From the NCBI GenBank assembly GCA_022767895.1, contig JALENH010000216.1:1-41698 (forward strand): a stretch of DNA of 41,698 bases, written 5' to 3'. How positions within the stretch are numbered: the first letter of the stretch is position 1; each line of letters begins with the position of its first letter. The notes below the pieces were generated by a model. That model made no database searches. It was not told the origin of the DNA and saw only the letters and a list, made by a program, of their open reading frames with translations. The position numbers and the translations under genes were made by a program. This document shows positions 27,367 to 37,074 of this stretch, one piece after another. The DNA is from Eubacterium sp. GTDB taxonomy: Bacteria; Bacillota; Clostridia; Lachnospirales; Lachnospiraceae.

Positions 27367-30024
27367 TTATTTTATATCTGTACTTGTCAACGCCTGATAG
27401 ATTCTCTCTGTTTGATTGTTATCCTTATACAGGAAGAAGTCCTTCATACGTTCTGCATATTTCGGTTCCGGACGACAATCATTAACAAGAATCTTATCAA
27501 GTGCTTCCAATGCCTCCTCAGAAGTCTTCACGAAATCTCCAAATCCCTCTTCAAACGGAATATCAATCTCACGATAGTCATTCATGCCTGCGCGGAACAT
27601 TTCATCATCCGGCAAAAAGTAAATAATTGGTCTTTCCAAATACACAAAATCAAATACAAATGATGAAAAATCTGTCATAAATATTTTGTAATCTGTTTCA
27701 GAAATTACACTGTCAGCCATCGATACTCGTTCATTTGTAATATGATATAAATGTTTGTACCGCTCAAAAATAGGATGCAGTTTAAAGTCAAGATACATAT
27801 CATTCTCTTCCAGCAACTGTTCCAATTTTTCACTGTTCAAAAACTTCTCTGTTTCCTCAAAAAACTTTGAGTTCAAGAACTTACTCTCGATGGTAATCCA
27901 TTCACCGGCTTTGGCCATTCCCACAAGATATTTACGCCAGGACGGGGCAAACAAAATACGATTATTTGCTGGTTTGTCCACATCGATATGGTCGTAACGC
28001 GGCATTCCGGATGGAATCAGGGCACTCTCATTAAAACAGTAATTGTTTATCAGATTCTCTCTCTCATAGTTTGTAGAAATAACCTCTTTGTCAATTAATA
28101 ACCGATCCAAAGAGTACTTCCACGGCACATGGGCATGCAAAACACCATGCTGAAGATAAACCAAATCCGGCCGGCTGCTCACTTCCATGAATTTCTTAAG
28201 CTGTCCCTTTGGAAATGGCGAAAAATTATTCCACTCAATAAAAGCAGTTATAATCTTTCTGGCTGACAAGAACAAGTATTTATGCTTCCAGCCTCCAAAT
28301 CTTATCATATGTTTTCTGTATTTTCGTGGAAAACGGCGTTTTGCCTTGCCATATTCTTCCTCATTAATAACGTAATAACGTCGCACGCCGTCCTTCTGCT
28401 TAATATCATGCTCAAACTGATAATAAGCATTATCTTTCCTAACTCCTTTGCAATCATGATAAAGCCATACATTACTATAACGCTTTATCTTTTTCATACA
28501 AAGACGACGAAGTACCCATGTTTTCTTATTTGACTTACGATACTTTGCCTTTTGCAGTTTCAGGTATTCACGGTATTCCTCTTTATTCTTCTTTTTCACG
28601 TAGAACACGCCGGCTTCATAGGTAATCTGCTTATTTTCATAATAATGTGTCAGTCGTCTCATGGCAAAATTGAAATAGGCAAGTGGCATGAAATAATATC
28701 TAGTTCCATATAAATCGCCATTAATTTCAACTTTAAACTCAAAGGAACGCAAGCCTTTCATCGGCAGTTCAATCTCAAAAGTCCAAAACGTATTGGTCTT
28801 TGTTTTTGCACGATAATATCCCCATGAAGATTCTATCAATGGTATCTCTTCAAGTTGCGTAGCCTTTTTATTTAACATCAAATACAACTTAGGTTTATCG
28901 ATATAATTGAAGGCAGCTGATTTTATAAATGCCATCATTTTTATTTTCCCATCCACTATTCTGTAACGCTGCACAACAATTTCAATCTTCTGTGTATCAT
29001 ATATCAATCTATCATGGTTCGCAATGGCAATCTGATCGACACCTGTCAATACCTTGATATCATTGTTAGACTTTAATCCTATAAAAAACTGACGATGAAA
29101 ATTATCAACAGCAGGATGACGCAGAATAATCTCATCATCCACTTTATCCAACAAACGAAGGATGCGTTGCTTTGCTATTTCAAATTTTTCAGGTTCATAG
29201 TGATAGGGTAATAAAATATCACTTGTCGTCTTCCAGTTAATATCATTTAAATACATTGCCTGAATATACTGCGGAATGACACCATCTTCATAGTAGGCAA
29301 ATATATCTTCCCAGAACTTCATTGTATTTTCAAAAATATAGTAGGCATAGAAATAGGTTCTCACAATACTCTCTGCCTGATGCAGATAATAATATGTCCC
29401 CTTACTGCAATAACCTATCTTCATCTTCCTTCGAACAACTTCAATACAATATTTTTGATCCTCATGTCGAAATTCCCGATTCAGATCAAAAAGGACATTA
29501 TCCTTCCCCATGTTTTTTACACATACATTAATACGGGTTTGGGAAATAAATGCATTTTCAGGAAGTGTTAAATCATATACTCCCGAATGCACCAACGTCT
29601 TATAACGATAATGTGGTGTCCCTTTTTCACCGTCTATAATTGGATATTCATTATAATTAACAAGATCCACTTCATCATAATGCTGGTCAAAAAAATCAGT
29701 TACAGATTTTACAGTTTCAGGAGAAATCGTATCATCTGCATCGATATACATAATGTACTTTCCTTTTGCGCGGGCTATACCATAATTTCTCGTTCTCGAC
29801 AACCCCTCATTTTCTTTTCGCAATATTTTCATGTTGGGATATTTTGAAGCATACTCCCGCATAATATCAATACTGTTGTCTGGCGAACCATCATCAATTA
29901 GAAGAATTTCCATTTCCTCTGGATCAATCGTTTGATTCACAAGAGAATCCAGGCAATCCGCCAGAAAATTTTCCATATTATAAATCGGGACAATCATAGT
30001 TACTTTGTATTCAAAATTATCCAT
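27367..30024 (-). CDS. Bifunctional GT2 / CDP-polyol phosphotransferase (GgaB-like polymerase)
   Basis: IVPIYN, IDDGSPD, ENEGLS, IDADD; C-terminal YLQHG, GMPRYD, FAPSWR, KLHP, TDFSSFVFDF; ATG 30024 follows GGAGG. Confidence 0.88.
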   Translation of the reverse strand: MDNFEYKVTMIVPIYNMENFLADCLDSLVNQTIDPEEMEILLIDDGSPDNSIDIMREYASKYPNMKILRKENEGLSRTRNYGIARAKGKYIMYIDADDTISPETVKSVTDFFDQHYDEVDLVNYNEYPIIDGEKGTPHYRYKTLVHSGVYDLTLPENAFISQTRINVCVKNMGKDNVLFDLNREFRHEDQKYCIEVVRRKMKIGYCSKGTYYYLHQAESIVRTYFYAYYIFENTMKFWEDIFAYYEDGVIPQYIQAMYLNDINWKTTSDILLPYHYEPEKFEIAKQRILRLLDKVDDEIILRHPAVDNFHRQFFIGLKSNNDIKVLTGVDQIAIANHDRLIYDTQKIEIVVQRYRIVDGKIKMMAFIKSAAFNYIDKPKLYLMLNKKATQLEEIPLIESSWGYYRAKTKTNTFWTFEIELPMKGLRSFEFKVEINGDLYGTRYYFMPLAYFNFAMRRLTHYYENKQITYEAGVFYVKKKNKEEYREYLKLQKAKYRKSNKKTWVLRRLCMKKIKRYSNVWLYHDCKGVRKDNAYYQFEHDIKQKDGVRRYYVINEEEYGKAKRRFPRKYRKHMIRFGGWKHKYLFLSARKIITAFIEWNNFSPFPKGQLKKFMEVSSRPDLVYLQHGVLHAHVPWKYSLDRLLIDKEVISTNYERENLINNYCFNESALIPSGMPRYDHIDVDKPANNRILFAPSWRKYLVGMAKAGEWITIESKFLNSKFFEETEKFLNSEKLEQLLEENDMYLDFKLHPIFERYKHLYHITNERVSMADSVISETDYKIFMTDFSSFVFDFVYLERPIIYFLPDDEMFRAGMNDYREIDIPFEEGFGDFVKTSEEALEALDKILVNDCRPEPKYAERMKDFFLYKDNNQTERIYQALTSTDIK

Positions 30025-30068
30025 ATTAGCCTCCATCATCTTTCCATATACATATTTATTCAAAGTAA

Positions 30069-30098
30069 AGTTTATCACATAAGCACAATTTATGTCAA
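30069..30098 (-). promoter_or_regulatory. Internal promoter for the GgaB-like gene
   Basis: - strand TTGACA (30098-30093), 18 nt, TGaTAAACT (30074-30069). Confidence 0.55.
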
Positions 30099-31628
30099 GT
30101 CATGCAACTCTTCCTCTCTCTCCCCTTCCATCTCCTGCAAAAACTTATTTTTGGGCACTTTCTTCACAAACAAATCACCGAATGCAAACCAGTAGGCGAA
30201 TGCCGGAAATACCTCAAAGGGCAGGAATAGACATTCTGTCAGGGTAGCCACCACAAATCCCACGCAGATTGCCGGAACCAAAAAGGCATAAGTCGCATTC
30301 TTCCGCCTCTGAGTCAGATAAAATTTCAGGGAAAATGCAACTCCCAGCAAAGTAATCACGCCATAGAAAAACATACTGAACAGTCCATAAGTATACCCAA
30401 ACTGTATCCAGTTGTTGTGAGAATGATTCTTTTTCTCACCATCCACTACCATGGAAGTATTGCGGTGTCCCTTGTAATTCATTTTTTCCAGATAGGCAAG
30501 ATATATATCAATCCGGCCGTTGGTAATGGCATTTAACCCCTTGGAATACTTGATATTGTACCAGAATCTCTCCCATGAATTTTTTGGAACAATCGGCTCT
30601 TTCCCGTCTTCCGTCTTCTTTGTCTCTGCACTCTCCAAATCTTTGTATTCCGGCACAACCACCTCCCCGGGATCACTGCTTGTATCCTGCAGCTCGCTGG
30701 TATAGTATAAAGGCTGTCCCTCAAACACAAAAGGATGTCCGACCAAATCCGGCAGATGCATAAGTGTAAATAGAAATACCGGATACAGCACGACGGTGAA
30801 CACTACCGTCAAAAAAGTATTGCACAAGAATACCCGGAAGGAGTGCTGTTTTTTCGACAGATAAAACCGGAGAACAAGCCACATCAGAACAATGGCCGCC
30901 ACTGCCACAAGAGAAGTCCGCGCCTGACTCTTTTCCAAGTAGAAAAAGCAAAGTGCAAGTCCAAAGTATGTGCTGATATTTTTCCGATAGGATCGACCTG
31001 TCTCCACTCCCCAGTCCAAATCTGACAAAAAGACTGCGATAATAGTATAAAGATATAAGCCAAATGTATTGGGGTTTGTAAAAATGCCGGCATACCGCCC
31101 GCCCTCATACAAAGGCCGGAACATAAAAGAAACAACAGCCATAATCCAAAACGACCATTTCACGGCATCTTTAAAACATTTCCACAAGAGATCCTTTCTG
31201 GTGTGATTCTGCCATACAAAAAAAACAGCAGTAAAGACCAACGCCAGAATCAGCCCAAGACCACACATTTTCTTCGGGACAAGAATGTCTGAAACGGTAA
31301 ATGACAGGCACATACCAAACCAGGCAATCCACAAAGACCGCCTCCACCGGATATGTACTAAGGACCGGTCCAGAGACAAAACAGCAATGGCAAACATCAA
31401 AAAAATACCACAAACTGTATTGTAGAAATAACTTTCCTTATGAAGTCCATAACGAACAATGCAAAACAGAACAAGGTCTGTTACAAAACAAAGTGTAATC
31501 AGTCGATACTTCACCTTGTCGCTTATTCTGCCCACGATGGGAATCCACGGTTTTAGAAGCAGAATAAACAAATCCTGTAGTTTCTCAATCAATTCTATTC
31601 CCCACTTATCCGCAACAAACGACCGCAT
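30090..31628 (-). CDS. O-antigen ligase (WaaL)/Wzy_C-like membrane protein
   Basis: RYAGIFTNPNTFG, SQARTS, NGRIDIY, HSHNNWIQ..YG; start uncertain (alternative TTG 31592). Confidence 0.72.
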   Translation of the reverse strand: MRSFVADKWGIELIEKLQDLFILLLKPWIPIVGRISDKVKYRLITLCFVTDLVLFCIVRYGLHKESYFYNTVCGIFLMFAIAVLSLDRSLVHIRWRRSLWIAWFGMCLSFTVSDILVPKKMCGLGLILALVFTAVFFVWQNHTRKDLLWKCFKDAVKWSFWIMAVVSFMFRPLYEGGRYAGIFTNPNTFGLYLYTIIAVFLSDLDWGVETGRSYRKNISTYFGLALCFFYLEKSQARTSLVAVAAIVLMWLVLRFYLSKKQHSFRVFLCNTFLTVVFTVVLYPVFLFTLMHLPDLVGHPFVFEGQPLYYTSELQDTSSDPGEVVVPEYKDLESAETKKTEDGKEPIVPKNSWERFWYNIKYSKGLNAITNGRIDIYLAYLEKMNYKGHRNTSMVVDGEKKNHSHNNWIQFGYTYGLFSMFFYGVITLLGVAFSLKFYLTQRRKNATYAFLVPAICVGFVVATLTECLFLPFEVFPAFAYWFAFGDLFVKKVPKNKFLQEMEGEREEELHDLT

Positions 31629-31643
31629 AAAGCGGTCGTTGTT
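31614..31643 (-). terminator. Stem-loop between the LCP and WaaL-like genes
   Basis: Perfect 9-bp stem 31618-31626 / 31632-31640, 5-nt loop, followed on the - strand by only a weak U tract. Confidence 0.35.
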
Positions 31644-31655
31644 TATCCTTCCATA

Positions 31656-33158
31656 CTACTCAATTGTGTCATTTTTGTCAGTTGATGAACTTTCATCCTC
31701 TGGTTTTTCGTTCATTACCTTATTAATTCTCTTGGTAATCTTCTTCACCGATTCATAATTTGGCTCACATACATAAAGTGCTGTAGACCGAATGGAGAAA
31801 GTCGTCTTCTTTGCTCCGCTTCCTTCCGCATTAGCATAAGAAATTTTCCATTTTGCCATATCATTCAGCTGCATATTGCACAAAGATACAATCTTGTCCT
31901 TGGACATACTGGTCTGGAACATTGTCTTTGATTCCTTCAGCAGCTTGGAGAAATTCGGCAGGACAGAAGGTGACATTACCTTGTTCAGGATTGCCTCAAT
32001 CATATGCTGATGATCGCGGCCACGCTGATAGTCTCCATTGGCAAAGTGGTGTCTCTCACGGCAGAATGCCAGTGCTTTCTTACCATTTACCTTATTGTAC
32101 CCCTTCTTAAACTTATAATGTGTACCTGCTCCATGTGGACCCCAGTCAGAGATGAAGTCATAGTCAGAATATACCTCTACGCCTCCCAACAAATCAACAA
32201 TCTTCTTCAGACTGGTGAAATTCACACGAACATAGTAATCAATATCAATATCATAAAGCTTCTCAAGCGTGTTTAGCGAACAATCCACGCCGTAAATACC
32301 GGCATGAGTCAGTTTATCCGGAATACCACCGGAATAAGATTTACCGCCCTTGGTATAAAGTGGGACATAATAGTCACGAGGAGTCGAAGTCAGCAATACC
32401 TTCTTCGTCACCGGATTGACCGTTGCAATAATGTTAACATCACTTCGGCTGGTCTGGTCTATCTTGCCATACACATCAATACCGCTTATATACACATTAA
32501 ATGGCTTCGTCGTCACATCTGTGTCAACAATTGGTTCCACTTCTGACTCAATCTGACTTGTCTCCAATTCTCTTGTGTCGGTCTGGAACGTCTTGTACTG
32601 TTCTTTCACAGTATCTACAAAACTCTTGTTCAGAACGATTGACTGCACTTCCTTGGCGTACAACGCATCTACCAAGGTCATCGGATCGTCATATTCAACC
32701 GTACTCAGGCTTTTGCCTACTTTTTTGTTGGCCTCTTCCAAAGCCTTGTCTGTGTTTTCTCTGTCCTGCGTACGGAGAATGCCAAAGGAATAATCTTTCG
32801 CATCTACCAATGTCTGAGCTTTATCGTCCTTCATGACATAATAAGAAATGACATCAACTTTCGTGGTGGCTCCACCTACATTCTGCAGGGCAGCCATACT
32901 CTCTCTCACATAATTGGCTCCCACAAGAAAAACCGCACAAAATACAATTGCCAGAACACGTCCAAATATATAGCTGGAATCCGTCATCTGGCTCAGCACC
33001 TGATACACAAGTAACAACGCCGCCACAACCACGAGCGGTATCATGTACTTCAGTGGTGCCAGTCCTGTCGTTCCCACATATACGCAGAATAACACGGACA
33101 CTAATAACTGCAAAATAATAACTACTAAACTTATCTTTCTCTTAACTAATGTTTTCAC
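31656..33158 (-). CDS. LCP-family (LytR-CpsA-Psr) polymer-peptidoglycan ligase, CpsA-type
   Basis: Three N-terminal TMs; YISGIDVYG, SRSDVNI, TPRDYYV, DKLTHAG, YVRVNF, RER, GDYQRG; GTG start. Confidence 0.92.
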   Translation of the reverse strand: MKTLVKRKISLVVIILQLLVSVLFCVYVGTTGLAPLKYMIPLVVVAALLLVYQVLSQMTDSSYIFGRVLAIVFCAVFLVGANYVRESMAALQNVGGATTKVDVISYYVMKDDKAQTLVDAKDYSFGILRTQDRENTDKALEEANKKVGKSLSTVEYDDPMTLVDALYAKEVQSIVLNKSFVDTVKEQYKTFQTDTRELETSQIESEVEPIVDTDVTTKPFNVYISGIDVYGKIDQTSRSDVNIIATVNPVTKKVLLTSTPRDYYVPLYTKGGKSYSGGIPDKLTHAGIYGVDCSLNTLEKLYDIDIDYYVRVNFTSLKKIVDLLGGVEVYSDYDFISDWGPHGAGTHYKFKKGYNKVNGKKALAFCRERHHFANGDYQRGRDHQHMIEAILNKVMSPSVLPNFSKLLKESKTMFQTSMSKDKIVSLCNMQLNDMAKWKISYANAEGSGAKKTTFSIRSTALYVCEPNYESVKKITKRINKVMNEKPEDESSSTDKNDTIE

Positions 33159-33202
33159 AGTAACCCTCCGTTCTTAAGTTAGCCTATTGATACGCTCACA
33201 AT

Positions 33203-33231
33203 ATTATATCTCATTTCTTTCCAAAAATCAA
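33203..33231 (-). promoter_or_regulatory. Internal promoter for the LCP gene
   Basis: - strand TTGATT (33231-33226), 17 nt, TATAAT (33208-33203). Confidence 0.5.
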
Positions 33232-34329
33232 TTCCAAAAGTCTATTTGTTGCATTTTGATCGAGATGGCGGAATGTCTTCTTCTTGAACCGTTGCAAAAG
33301 CTGGCTGTCAAAAGATTTTTCCTGCCAGATTTTTTCCAGCTCCTGCTGACTGTAGACCACTGGTCCGGGCACAAAATCGGGATAATTCTCGTAGAAATCC
33401 CTGCCCTCTTTCCGGAAGTCCTCATAGTCATAAGCATAGAAAATCATCTCTCTGTCCAGCAGACAGTATTCAAAAATAATGGACGAATAATCGGTAATCA
33501 GCCTCTCCGCTACCGCCAGCAAAGTTGCCACCCCCGGATACTCCGAAACATTGACAATCTTTCCCGCATACCGCTCCCAAATAGAATCCGGACAATTTGC
33601 CGCCACATGAGGATGCAGGCGAACCAAAAGGACCTCATCCTCCTCCATGCAGGAACAAAAGGAATCAAAATCCAGGCCAAACACCGGTTTATCCACTTCA
33701 GAATCCCGAAATGTAGGTGCGTACAGGGAGCAATGCTTCTTCACGAGCGAAGGATACTGCTCGTAAAAGTTCTTCTTTAATTTGTCCATCTTTTTTTCAT
33801 CAAGCATCAAATCGGTCCGGGGAAGACCCAGCATATAAATCTTATCCTCCGGTACTCCAAACGCACTCCCGTACTGCTTCTTTGTTAGTTCTGAGTTGAC
33901 GATGAGATGAGTCAGCCGTCCGTTTGCCTTTCTTGCGAGACGTGCCACCTCACCGGTATCGGAATCCAGACCGAATTTTTTGATTGTTCCCGTTCCGTGC
34001 CACAGCTGCACAACTTTGGCACGGGGAGAGATTCTTGTATATGCCATCGGCATAAATTCATTGTCCAGGAAAATCACTGCCGACGTTGCCATATGAAACG
34101 CTTTCCCCAAAAAGAAAGAGAAAGGACGCCTTATCCCGTCTCTTTTTGTCAAAAAGATACATTTCTTTTCCGGCATTTCACGACGTACTGCCTCAGCCAC
34201 AATTCCGATATTTCCCTCACTGCTATCATCATGAGTTGCCACAAAAAAAATTTTATTGCGGTTTAACGGGATAATCCGAAACACGGTAAAGCACATGGCA
34301 AACAAATAATATCCCAATTTCTTAATCAT
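33211..34329 (-). CDS. CDP-glycerol glycerophosphotransferase, TagB-like primase
   Basis: QLWHGTGTIKKFG, GLPRTD, YAPTFRD, RLHP, ITDYSSIIFEY; single-domain protein next to tagD. Confidence 0.85.
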   Translation of the reverse strand: MIKKLGYYLFAMCFTVFRIIPLNRNKIFFVATHDDSSEGNIGIVAEAVRREMPEKKCIFLTKRDGIRRPFSFFLGKAFHMATSAVIFLDNEFMPMAYTRISPRAKVVQLWHGTGTIKKFGLDSDTGEVARLARKANGRLTHLIVNSELTKKQYGSAFGVPEDKIYMLGLPRTDLMLDEKKMDKLKKNFYEQYPSLVKKHCSLYAPTFRDSEVDKPVFGLDFDSFCSCMEEDEVLLVRLHPHVAANCPDSIWERYAGKIVNVSEYPGVATLLAVAERLITDYSSIIFEYCLLDREMIFYAYDYEDFRKEGRDFYENYPDFVPGPVVYSQQELEKIWQEKSFDSQLLQRFKKKTFRHLDQNATNRLLELIFGKK

Positions 34330-34333
34330 AATG

Positions 34334-34726
34334 TCAGTCTTTCATATTCAAATCATTCTTTATTTTTGTAGTCGAGATTCCTTCTGTACGGGGAAGATAA
34401 ACAACCTCACAATACTCTTTCAGGAAATCAAACTTACCTTCCCAGTCATCCCCCATAACAAATACATCTACATCATTGTTGACAACATCGTCAATCTTCT
34501 GCTCCCATGTGTATTCCGGCAGCACCTCATCCACATACCGGATTGCTTCCAGAATCTTTTTTCTATCTTCAAAGGAATGGTATGCTTTTTTTCCTTTTCC
34601 GGCATTGAACTCATCGGAGGACACGACAACAATCAGATAATCCCCCAATGCCTTTGCCCGGCGCAATAAATTGATATGTCCCACATGCAGCAAATCAAAA
34701 GTTCCATAAGTAATTACTTTTTTCAT
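34334..34726 (-). CDS. tagD: Glycerol-3-phosphate cytidylyltransferase
   Basis: MKKVITYGTFDLLHVGH, SSDEFN, VMGDDWEGKFD, PRTEGISTT. Confidence 0.96.
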   Translation of the reverse strand: MKKVITYGTFDLLHVGHINLLRRAKALGDYLIVVVSSDEFNAGKGKKAYHSFEDRKKILEAIRYVDEVLPEYTWEQKIDDVVNNDVDVFVMGDDWEGKFDFLKEYCEVVYLPRTEGISTTKIKNDLNMKD

Positions 34727-34738
34727 AATGTGTTCCTC

Positions 34739-35491
34739 CTAATCGTTCTCACTCATCTTTGCTTCGTATACACTGACAACATCCTCCACATCTCCTTGTG
34801 CAATGAGACGCCCCTGTTCCAGCAAAATACCCTTATTGCACATACGGAGCACCTGGCTGGTGGAGTGGGATACAAAAATCACCGTCACACCTTTGTCAAA
34901 CATACTTTGGATCCTATTCTCGCATTTCTTACGGAATTTGGCATCCCCCACACTAAGCACCTCGTCCAGAATCAGAATATCCGGTTCTACAATTGTTGCA
35001 ACAGAAAATCCGAGACGCGCCCTCATACCGGAAGAATAATTCTTTACCGGAACATCGATGAAACTTCCCAGTTCTGAAAAGGCCACAATCTCATCGTAGC
35101 GCTCCTGCAAAAACTCCTTGCTGTACCCCAGCATGGCACCATACAGGTAAATGTTCTCCGCACCGGTATATTGTCTGTCAAAGCCTGCTCCCAGTTCCAG
35201 AAGCGGGGCAATTTTCCCATTGGTTGTCACCGTCCCCTCAGTGGCTTTCAAAACACCCGAAACCACCTTCAAAAGTGTACTTTTACCGGCACCATTCAGT
35301 CCCATGATACCGACGCGGTCCCCTCTTTCAACCTCAAAACTGATATCCCGAAGAGCCCAGAACTCCTGAAACATCAACTCTTTCTTTATCATCTTAATCA
35401 CATACTCTTTGATATTATCTACTTTCTCAGAGCTGAGATTGAATTTCATGCTGACATTGTCAACCTTCATCGCTAATGACTTCTTTGCCAT
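34739..35491 (-). CDS. Polysaccharide/teichoic acid ABC exporter ATPase (Wzt/TagH family)
   Basis: GLNGAGKST, LELGAGF, YSSGMRARLGF, ILDEVLSVGD; ATG 35491 follows GGAGG. Confidence 0.92.
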   Translation of the reverse strand: MAKKSLAMKVDNVSMKFNLSSEKVDNIKEYVIKMIKKELMFQEFWALRDISFEVERGDRVGIMGLNGAGKSTLLKVVSGVLKATEGTVTTNGKIAPLLELGAGFDRQYTGAENIYLYGAMLGYSKEFLQERYDEIVAFSELGSFIDVPVKNYSSGMRARLGFSVATIVEPDILILDEVLSVGDAKFRKKCENRIQSMFDKGVTVIFVSHSTSQVLRMCNKGILLEQGRLIAQGDVEDVVSVYEAKMSEND

Positions 35492-35517
35492 AATAACCTC
35501 CAAATTCGTTTTACACC

Positions 35518-36330
35518 CTAAATATTCAGAATAAAGGAATCCTGCTTCCGATAAAAGACAAACATTCCTACTACCAATGTGCCGATGGCAAACACTGAGG
35601 TGTAAAGTAACAGCATCATATCAAATGGTTGTCCAAAAAAGGCACGTCGAAAATTGTCAATCACACCAAAAAGCGGATTAAGTTTCACAAGTTTCTGGGT
35701 GGAGCCACTCATATTGCTGACAAAATAGAAAATGGCACTGCAATACATGATAAGCATCAGCATAACACTCCACAGGTATTCGATATCTCTGAAAAAGACA
35801 CACAGAGTTGACAAAATCATACCAATTCCCATCGCCAATACAAACAAATTCAAAAGCGGAATCACAGACATAAACATATATCCGTTGATAGGCGCATTGT
35901 ATTGTCCCGTCAAAAGGAAAAATATCATAACACCCAGCAGTACAACCAGCGAAATCAGAAAGATTATGAAGTTCGCCAGGATTCCAGAAAATGGATAAAT
36001 ATACTTCGGAACATAAACTTTTTTAATCATAGCGCCGTTGGCACGAATCGATTTCATGGCACTGTTCGTTGCCGACGAGAAGAACGAATACAACAGGCGA
36101 CCCGTCAGGACATAAATTGGAAAAGGTACTCCCGCAAAAGCTGCATCCGTACTATTCCGTCCCAAAAGGCTTCCGAACACAACAGACAATACAATCATCG
36201 TCAGCAGAGGTTCAATCAACGTCCACAGCATTCCCAAGTAGGAACGGCGGTACCTCAGTTTAATATTCTTCTTGACAAGTTGTCCAAGCAAATATTTGTA
36301 TTTACAAAAATTATTTACAAATTGAATCAT
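35518..36330 (-). CDS. ABC exporter permease (Wzm/TagG family)
   Basis: RYRRSYLGMLW..PL, IKKVYVP, VFFRD, LNPL; six TMs. Confidence 0.92.
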   Translation of the reverse strand: MIQFVNNFCKYKYLLGQLVKKNIKLRYRRSYLGMLWTLIEPLLTMIVLSVVFGSLLGRNSTDAAFAGVPFPIYVLTGRLLYSFFSSATNSAMKSIRANGAMIKKVYVPKYIYPFSGILANFIIFLISLVVLLGVMIFFLLTGQYNAPINGYMFMSVIPLLNLFVLAMGIGMILSTLCVFFRDIEYLWSVMLMLIMYCSAIFYFVSNMSGSTQKLVKLNPLFGVIDNFRRAFFGQPFDMMLLLYTSVFAIGTLVVGMFVFYRKQDSFILNI

Positions 36331-36366
36331 TCTCTAATCCGTCCTTTATTTATTTTCAATCGTTTC

Positions 36367-36396
36367 ATTATATCACTCTTCCTTCAATTTCGTCAA
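36367..36396 (-). promoter_or_regulatory. Promoter for wzm-wzt-tagD-tagB
   Basis: - strand TTGACG (36396-36391), 18 nt, TGaTATAAT (36372-36367). Confidence 0.65.
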
Positions 36397-36731
36397 CCCA
36401 AGGCGAAAATGAGAATGCCGATAACAATTAGCAGATTGCCAATAATACGATTGCGTCCTAATTTTTCTTTTAGTATAAGGCGCCCCAGCAATGCCACATA
36501 AACATATCCGGTCGCTTCTAATACTGCTCCCAGTGATAATGGCACTTGCTTGTACGCATACATCGTAATCAATGTCGCTCCAAAAAACAAACCATACGCT
36601 ACAATCACTTTAATATTCAACAATTCCCGGATGAAACTTCCGTGTTCCTCGTTCGCGCTTGTCTTTAACACAATTTGTGAAATGGAGGAAATCAAAACGG
36701 ATAGGAGAAAAATCAATACATATTTAATCAT
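36393..36731 (-). CDS. SMR/EamA small membrane protein (ArnE/F-like flippase subunit)
   Basis: Four TMs, SQIVLK, VPLS, LKEK; ATG 36731 follows GGGGAG. Confidence 0.78.
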   Translation of the reverse strand: MIKYVLIFLLSVLISSISQIVLKTSANEEHGSFIRELLNIKVIVAYGLFFGATLITMYAYKQVPLSLGAVLEATGYVYVALLGRLILKEKLGRNRIIGNLLIVIGILIFALG

Positions 36732-37074
36732 GTTTCTCCCCCTTTGATAAAACAACTATACCAGCTACAATAACCGCCACACCAACTATTTTCAGCAAAC
36801 TGATTGATTCATGAAACAGAACCAGTCCCCAGACAAGTCCCCATATAACAACAATCGCTTTATTAGCATAAGCAACTATCAAATCCACTTTTTTAAGAGC
36901 CATTTGCCATAAGACCGCATATATCATCAATAGAACAAGCATACCGCCATATAACAAAATCCAGGAAAGCGACATTGTTTCTCTTTGTGCAGCAAATTTG
37001 GATAATACGCTGCTCAGCGAATAAATGACAAAAGCCACATTTAGCAGTATGAGTACACCCTTACTTTTCTTCAT
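36724..37074 (-). CDS. SMR/EamA small membrane protein (ArnE/F-like flippase subunit)
   Basis: Four TMs, YAVLWQ, VAYANKA, LFHESIS; paired with its neighbour. Confidence 0.78.
   Translation of the reverse strand: MKKSKGVLILLNVAFVIYSLSSVLSKFAAQRETMSLSWILLYGGMLVLLMIYAVLWQMALKKVDLIVAYANKAIVVIWGLVWGLVLFHESISLLKIVGVAVIVAGIVVLSKGEKHD

Noticed and set aside
21282-34250. Short homopolymers in coding regions (T8 near 21282, A8 near 31218, A8 at 34243-34250) as phase-variation switches
   Set aside because: The runs are short and expected in AT-rich DNA, and all frames are intact
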